A DNA stretch of 64,000 bases from Gamaleyavirus NAN33P5, in sequence record OZ035750.1, one strand, 5' to 3'. Below are positions 59,597 through 64,000 of the stretch, piece by piece. Below the pieces are notes generated by a model. The model had not been told where the DNA came from. It worked only from the letters and a program-made list of their open reading frames with translations, and made no database searches. The translations under genes were made by a program, and so were the position numbers. Numbering within the stretch: the first letter of the stretch is position 1; each line of letters opens with the position of its first letter.

Positions 59597-60478
59597 CATT
59601 ATCTTCACATTAGTTCGCAACTACTAATGCCGTCAGTACACTCAGTGAATACTGACTGCTGCATGTCACCATGCAGAGGAGACTATATCAAAGCCCTATT
59701 GCTAGGGCTGTTACCGTTTCGAGTGCCATTGGCTTGCACCCTACTCTACTCACTTCCACATTTCTGTGTGTTTTCGATAGTCGTTTGGCGTTTAAATGAA
59801 ATTGGTACTGTACCCAATCTGTGTAAGATTGTTGTTAGTTACGTAGGAGTCATAGGCTTTGGCAGCCTCTTCCTCTGTTTTGTAACGTCCCAAACCAATA
59901 GATTTCTTGTTAACCCTTATATGGGCACACCATCTTTGTCTTTGCTCACTCCAGGATACACCTACGTATTTGGAGGAGCCTCCACGATTTTTGTTACTAG
60001 CGTTGGCATGTCTGTTTGACAATAATCCAGTATCCCAAGCATGTTTAATATTTTGGGACTGGGTACACCATTCCAGGTTACTCTCGTGGTTATTAAGAGG
60101 GTTTCCATCTATATGATTAATAACTGGATAGTTATTGGGGTTTGGTACAAAGGCTATGCCTACCAGACGATGAACTTGATATTTGTACACTTTACTATTC
60201 ATGTACAGGTTCACGCAGTAGTACCCTTTGTTATTAAGATACGGTTTTATATGTGTCCTATTTTTGTATTTATACTTTCCTTCTTTTCGGCGTACTACAC
60301 CAAAGTTGGAAACTTCATACGGTAAGTCGGGCACATCTTTCCAAATTTCATTATTTAGCACAGGATTGTCTCCAATTGATTAAAACTCAAGTATACACCT
60401 GAGCCAACCATATTAGAAGAGGTTCCCTGTTTAGGTAACTTTCGACATGAGATTGCTCTCATGAAGCCCCGTCAGTTA
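59597..60478 (-). mobile_element. group-I-like intron A carrying HNH homing endonuclease ORF
   Basis: Inserted exactly within the Walker B codons; exon 1 ends in U, inferred intron ends in G; contains HNH ORF 59792..60361 and the conserved core 59611..59788. Confidence 0.55.
59792..60361 (-). CDS. intron-encoded HNH homing endonuclease with AP2-like domain
   Basis: 189 aa; 'EIWKDVPDLPYEVSNFGVVRR', 'HRLVGIAF...INHIDGNPLNNHESNLEW' HNH motif and 'YVGVSW...RWCAHIRVNKKSIGLGRYKTEEEAAKAYD' AP2-like domain. Confidence 0.8.
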   Translation of the reverse strand: MLNNEIWKDVPDLPYEVSNFGVVRRKEGKYKYKNRTHIKPYLNNKGYYCVNLYMNSKVYKYQVHRLVGIAFVPNPNNYPVINHIDGNPLNNHESNLEWCTQSQNIKHAWDTGLLSNRHANASNKNRGGSSKYVGVSWSEQRQRWCAHIRVNKKSIGLGRYKTEEEAAKAYDSYVTNNNLTQIGYSTNFI

Positions 60479-60792
60479 AGGAACAAGAGCCAGCCATTAT
60501 AACCTTCTGGTACTTCGTCACCCTCGATAGGGAATAAGTCAGCGAAAGGGATAAACTCTGCACGATCACCATTACGGAATGGTAGACCAGACAAGTCTTC
60601 CGGGGCAGAAGTAGACAGACGATGGTCAATCAGCTTCATGCCAAATTCTTCTGCAACAGAACGAATAATTGCAGACTTACCCATGCCAGGTGATGAAGTC
60701 AGGAACGGTACGTTACCTGCTTGCAAGGCACGGATAATAAAGTTACGGGCTTGGCGTGTATTACATACAGTCAAGGAGTCAATGCTCGCCAT
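60479..60792 (-). CDS. MoxR-like AAA+ ATPase, exon 1 (Walker A)
   Basis: 'FLTSSPGMGKSAIIRSVAEEFGMKLIDHRL' P-loop; ORF terminates two codons after 'GWLLFL' where the intron begins. Confidence 0.55.
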
Positions 60793-60826
60793 TTACTTAC
60801 TCTCCTAAAGTTAATGGAATTACTAA

Positions 60827-61153
60827 TTAAGATTTAACGCAGGGATACGCTGTATCAATCGCTAACAGAACCATGTCTGACGATATTTTTACTGCATTTA
60901 CCTTTCGGTCATACAGAATAATAGATGCCACTCTGTCAAAAATGGGTCCTAACTTCATATCGTCAGGTACACAATTCTTTCCTGCTTCCACTCCCATAGT
61001 AACCATGCCCATGAAGTAACCCTGGTTCACAAAGTTTGCATTATTGGCTTTGTAATCAGCAGCAGCTTCCAACAAGGTTGCACGACTAGATGCCTGAGCA
61101 CCGAATGAAAGAACTGATAGAGCTACAAGAACAACAGCAATTAAAGTTTTCAT
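60827..61153 (-). CDS. secreted/periplasmic small protein
   Basis: 108 aa; signal peptide 'MKTLIAVVLVALSVLSFGAQA'. Confidence 0.4.
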   Translation of the reverse strand: MKTLIAVVLVALSVLSFGAQASSRATLLEAAADYKANNANFVNQGYFMGMVTMGVEAGKNCVPDDMKLGPIFDRVASIILYDRKVNAVKISSDMVLLAIDTAYPCVKS

Positions 61154-61339
61154 TTAGTTACCTTTTAACTCGTTGAGTTGAAGTACTCCGGTAGGGGTTA
61201 ATGACCACCCAAGACCAGTATTGAACTGTACTAAGCCCAGCTTCTTAAGAGACTGTGCGGTTTTGTTATTACGGTTGCTGGTGGCAGAACCACCTTGAAC
61301 CATGCGAAGGAAGATTGCTTGGGACTGGGTAAGTTTCAT
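61154..61339 (-). CDS. hypothetical small protein
   Basis: 61-aa ORF in tightly packed minus-strand operon. Confidence 0.3.
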   Translation of the reverse strand: MKLTQSQAIFLRMVQGGSATSNRNNKTAQSLKKLGLVQFNTGLGWSLTPTGVLQLNELKGN

Positions 61340-61545
61340 AGGTAATATGCTTCCAGGTTTATTGGCGTTACGAATGTACTTGCTGATAGACAGAATGATT
61401 TACCAGTCTCTACAGCAACAGCAGCAGGTTTACCATCTGGTAAGTGAATCTTTAAACACACAGACTGGTTATATATAAAACCGTTAGCAGGTTGCACATC
61501 ACCGAAAGTTACTTCAGTGTTTTCAGAACGATTTGTTACTCTCAT
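61336..61545 (-). CDS. hypothetical small protein
   Basis: 69-aa ORF, 4-nt overlaps with neighbours. Confidence 0.3.
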   Translation of the reverse strand: MRVTNRSENTEVTFGDVQPANGFIYNQSVCLKIHLPDGKPAAVAVETGKSFCLSASTFVTPINLEAYYL

Positions 61546-61730
61546 TTCTTCTCCGGTACGAACTGCATTACGCAGCTTTGATTACGAGGGATATTCAATT
61601 CACATTCATGCTTGAGGGTTTGCGTTACAGAATTTGGAGTAGAACCAAAGTAGGTATTAGAAATATCTACAATTCCTGCACCAATGATCCCACCTAGTAT
61701 GAATGAGAAAAATGCAATCTCTTTGTACAT
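61542..61730 (-). CDS. small membrane protein
   Basis: 62 aa; N-terminal hydrophobic helix. Confidence 0.3.
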   Translation of the reverse strand: MYKEIAFFSFILGGIIGAGIVDISNTYFGSTPNSVTQTLKHECELNIPRNQSCVMQFVPEKK

Positions 61731-61755
61731 TTCCTGGCTCCGGTTTGTTTAAGTC

Positions 61756-61785
61756 AAAAAAAGACCTCCCTTTAATATGGAGGTC
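61756..61785 (-). terminator. intrinsic terminator (minus sense)
   Basis: gacctcc...ggaggtc hairpin with plus-strand aaaaaaa; same gacctcc core as terminator at 53589..53622. Confidence 0.6.
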
Positions 61786-61836
61786 AAACATGAGGGTTTC
61801 ATATCAGGGTTTATAACTCCAAGAAAGCAATAATGC

Positions 61837-62181
61837 TTACTTGGTTATAGAATCCAGATACTCTTCTGGGTCTTCGAAGTATCCGTCTTCTGTTTCAATA
61901 TACCAATCTACCCAACGGTCATCCAATTCCATATCAATAAGGTCTTGGTCAGTGAGGGACTCATCCCACACCTCAATACCGTTAGCATTAGCGTAATCGC
62001 CTTTGACATTGTTTTCGTACTGGAATAGGTCATAGTCTGCTAATGCATTCTTAATTTTAACAGCTTCCTGAAGACTATCAGTCTCTACATGGAATGCTTT
62101 CATTGGCACTTGAGGAATGTGCCATACACGCAATTTCTGTGTCATTTTTACTCTCCTATGGATACAAAAAAGCCCTCTCAA
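61837..62181 (-). CDS. hypothetical acidic protein
   Basis: 114-aa ORF, Asp/Glu-rich C-terminal half. Confidence 0.35.
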   Translation of the reverse strand: MRGLFCIHRRVKMTQKLRVWHIPQVPMKAFHVETDSLQEAVKIKNALADYDLFQYENNVKGDYANANGIEVWDESLTDQDLIDMELDDRWVDWYIETEDGYFEDPEEYLDSITK

Positions 62182-62190
62182 GGAGGGCTA
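62165..62190 (-). terminator. intrinsic terminator (minus sense)
   Basis: agccctc-tcaa-ggagggct hairpin preceded by aaaaaa on plus strand. Confidence 0.65.
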
Positions 62191-62211
62191 TAATCACAAA
62201 AAGAAATACTA

Positions 62212-63045
62212 TTACTCTGCAACAGTAACTGCGATGGTTACATCGACAGTACCGTTGGTAACTACTACAGAAGTAGCATCACCAGCAGCCACTGGTTTAA
62301 CCGTCAGTACGTTACCAGAAATGGTAGCTGTAGCACGGGCAGAATTTGGAGCAGTTTTAATAGACAAAGTACCAGCAGATGAACCAACAGGCATAGAAGC
62401 AATGGTTACTTTCTTACCAGCGGTAGTATCAGCAGCAACAGACAGAGCCAGTGAAGCAGGAGTAGCTACCAGTGAGCTTGCTTCATAGTAACCTACAGCC
62501 AGCAACGAGGTATCTTCTACCGTGGTTCCATTGGCATCAGTAACAATCACTTTATAAGTACCAGCAGAAGCTGCTGTTACATTATTAAGGGTTAATGTTG
62601 CAGTAGCAGCAGACGGATTACTACTGGAAGCAATATCAGCAAATACTGCACCAGCAGTATCTGCTTTGAATTGCCACTTATAAGTAAATGGTGCTTTACC
62701 ACCTGCTACATCAATATGCCAGTTAACCTTCTTGCCTTCGATGGCAGAGACTACACGAGGCAGTTTGGTAGCAACAGTCAGACGTGGAGTAGCTTTCATG
62801 TCGATGGTAACTGACTGCATATCCACAATGTTGTTAGGCCAGAAGCCCGCTTTAGTAGGGTCTTTAGCAGAGCGTTTGTACAACAGGTCACGAACACCGT
62901 GAAAGATAACTAAGCTATCAGGGTAAGTGGCATCCGGATGTACAAAAGTACCTACTTCCACAGAACCACCTGGAACACTACCACCTGAATCCAGTACGGT
63001 AGCAACGTTGGTAGTTTTATTAAACGCAATCTTTAAGGTTGGCAT
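62212..63045 (-). CDS. Ig-like domain protein (possible capsid decoration protein, N4 gp17-like position)
   Basis: 277 aa; Thr/Ala/Val-rich beta-strand segments resembling bacterial Ig-like domains; sits just downstream of RNAP II gene. Confidence 0.4.
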   Translation of the reverse strand: MPTLKIAFNKTTNVATVLDSGGSVPGGSVEVGTFVHPDATYPDSLVIFHGVRDLLYKRSAKDPTKAGFWPNNIVDMQSVTIDMKATPRLTVATKLPRVVSAIEGKKVNWHIDVAGGKAPFTYKWQFKADTAGAVFADIASSSNPSAATATLTLNNVTAASAGTYKVIVTDANGTTVEDTSLLAVGYYEASSLVATPASLALSVAADTTAGKKVTIASMPVGSSAGTLSIKTAPNSARATATISGNVLTVKPVAAGDATSVVVTNGTVDVTIAVTVAE

Positions 63046-63119
63046 GCATGTATCCTCTTGAGTAAATATGCCTAATCATTATGAAGGCTGATAAAAAAGA
63101 AAGCCACCCTCAAGGGTGG

Positions 63120-63338
63120 CTAGTTGTTGACTTGGTAAATCCAGTAAGCTATCCAACCGGCTAATACAAAACATCCGGCAGAGTACGCTCCATAGTAGCA
63201 GTAAGCAAATTTGGATTTGTGAGCATTAACTATTGTGAATATCACAATAGCAGATAAAACTATCAGTACAGTTTTAGTAATAACATCATAGATGTCTGGC
63301 ATGTTGACTACCTCCAAGCAAAAAATAAAAGGCCTCAC
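63120..63338 (-). CDS. small membrane protein
   Basis: 72 aa with two hydrophobic helices. Confidence 0.35.
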   Translation of the reverse strand: MRPFIFCLEVVNMPDIYDVITKTVLIVLSAIVIFTIVNAHKSKFAYCYYGAYSAGCFVLAGWIAYWIYQVNN

Positions 63339-63356
63339 TCCCGAAGGAATGAGGCC
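63320..63356 (-). terminator. intrinsic terminator (minus sense)
   Basis: ggcctca...tgaggcc hairpin with ttcg-type loop region, preceded on plus strand by aaaaaataaaa. Confidence 0.65.
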
Positions 63357-63489
63357 GATTTATTAACACACTTTCACAGTCCAGCCTTTGTAAGCATCTA
63401 TAAAGGCAATCCAGTCATCTTCTGACCATAGTCTAGAACAAACTCCTGGGGCTTTGAATCTATATAAACTTTGTCTATAAGCTTCTTTT

Positions 63490-64000
63490 TTAGCTAAGGG
63501 CATAATCGGTCTCCAGAATGTCTTGCCAGAGGCTGTCATCCAGCTTACCAGCAGAGAACTCTTGTCCCAGTACCTGAGAAAGGATGAAGCCCAGCAGGTC
63601 ACTCTTAGCAATGTCAGACAGAATCTGATTGTACTGACGACGCAGGTCATTACCATAGTTAGGATGACAACGGAAGCAGTCATGTACAGTCAGTACAGGG
63701 AACGGTTTCTTAGGCATAGTATCAATCATATCGGCTACTACCTGACGGTCTACCAATGCAATAGTATTCGGGTCAAGGAAGTCTAGGATAGACAGCGACA
63801 GGAATCCTGATTTCTCATAATGATTCCAGATTTCCATAGTCTTCTCTTGGTTCCCTTCAATAACAGGGTATTCACTTGGCCCGATATTGCACAGTTCGCG
63901 TACATAGGCAACCAGTTTAGGGTCGTAGTTACAACGACGCAACATCTCACGTACCACCATCCCATCAATAGAGTGGGTGATGTTAGCAGAGAGCATACGA
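63490..64000 (-). CDS. T7-like single-subunit RNA polymerase catalytic subunit (N4 RNAP II gp16-like), C-terminal part; gene continues beyond window
   Basis: 'LTVHDCFRCHPNYGNDLRRQYNQILSDIA' resembles T7 RNAP motif C ('HDSFG') and C-terminal region; ORF runs to the window edge. Confidence 0.55.
   Translation of the reverse strand, partial: RMLSANITHSIDGMVVREMLRRCNYDPKLVAYVRELCNIGPSEYPVIEGNQEKTMEIWNHYEKSGFLSLSILDFLDPNTIALVDRQVVADMIDTMPKKPFPVLTVHDCFRCHPNYGNDLRRQYNQILSDIAKSDLLGFILSQVLGQEFSAGKLDDSLWQDILETDYALS

Noticed and set aside
63363-63683. 106-aa minus-strand ORF overlapping the 3' end of the RNAP II gene
   Set aside because: Overlaps about 190 nt of the RNAP coding region in another frame; at most the distal 46 codons (63363-63503) could be a separate small gene.
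1-64000. Prophage or temperate element (integrase, attachment sites, repressor)
   Set aside because: No integrase/recombinase or CI-like repressor recognised; the gene set (vRNAP, RNAP II, own DNA polymerase, rIIA/B) is typical of strictly lytic N4-like phages.

Overview
This window reads as most of the genome of a lytic N4-like podophage (Schitoviridae-type architecture); all calls rest on motif reading by eye, with no database search run. The plus strand at 1-32092 carries the late module in N4 order: terminase large subunit, two beta-helix tailspike/fibre proteins, a lysis cassette (holin, GH108-type endolysin with SAR-like N-terminus, Rz with embedded Rz1), portal, scaffold-like protein, major capsid protein, virion/ejection proteins and a 3456-aa virion-encapsidated RNA polymerase. 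After a bidirectional terminator at about 32100 the minus strand carries a DUF2829/Tad2-like gene, a roughly 1.8-kb ORF-free tRNA/structured-RNA island (33540-35350), then the replication and nucleotide-metabolism module (RuvC-like resolvase, SSB, P-loop ATPase, AEP/PriCT primase, Cas4-like nuclease, family-A DNA polymerase, SF1 helicase, rIIA/rIIB-like, ThyX, dCTP deaminase, VWA/metallopeptidase-like protein) and the 3' end of a T7-like RNAP II subunit at the window edge. The most unusual locus is 57993-60792: a MoxR-like AAA+ ATPase gene split into three in-frame pieces by two homologous insertions, each carrying an HNH-AP2 homing endonuclease ORF and a shared roughly 150-nt conserved RNA-like core, which I read as twin group-I-like introns. 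Many intrinsic terminators share a 'gccctc-N4-gagggc' or 'gacctcc' hairpin. No CRISPR array, integrase or toxin-antitoxin pair was seen. My nucleotide-level coordinates (splice sites, tRNA ends, hairpins) are approximate, because my base counting disagreed with the ORF track by 1-3 nt in places; ORF-track coordinates are used wherever available.
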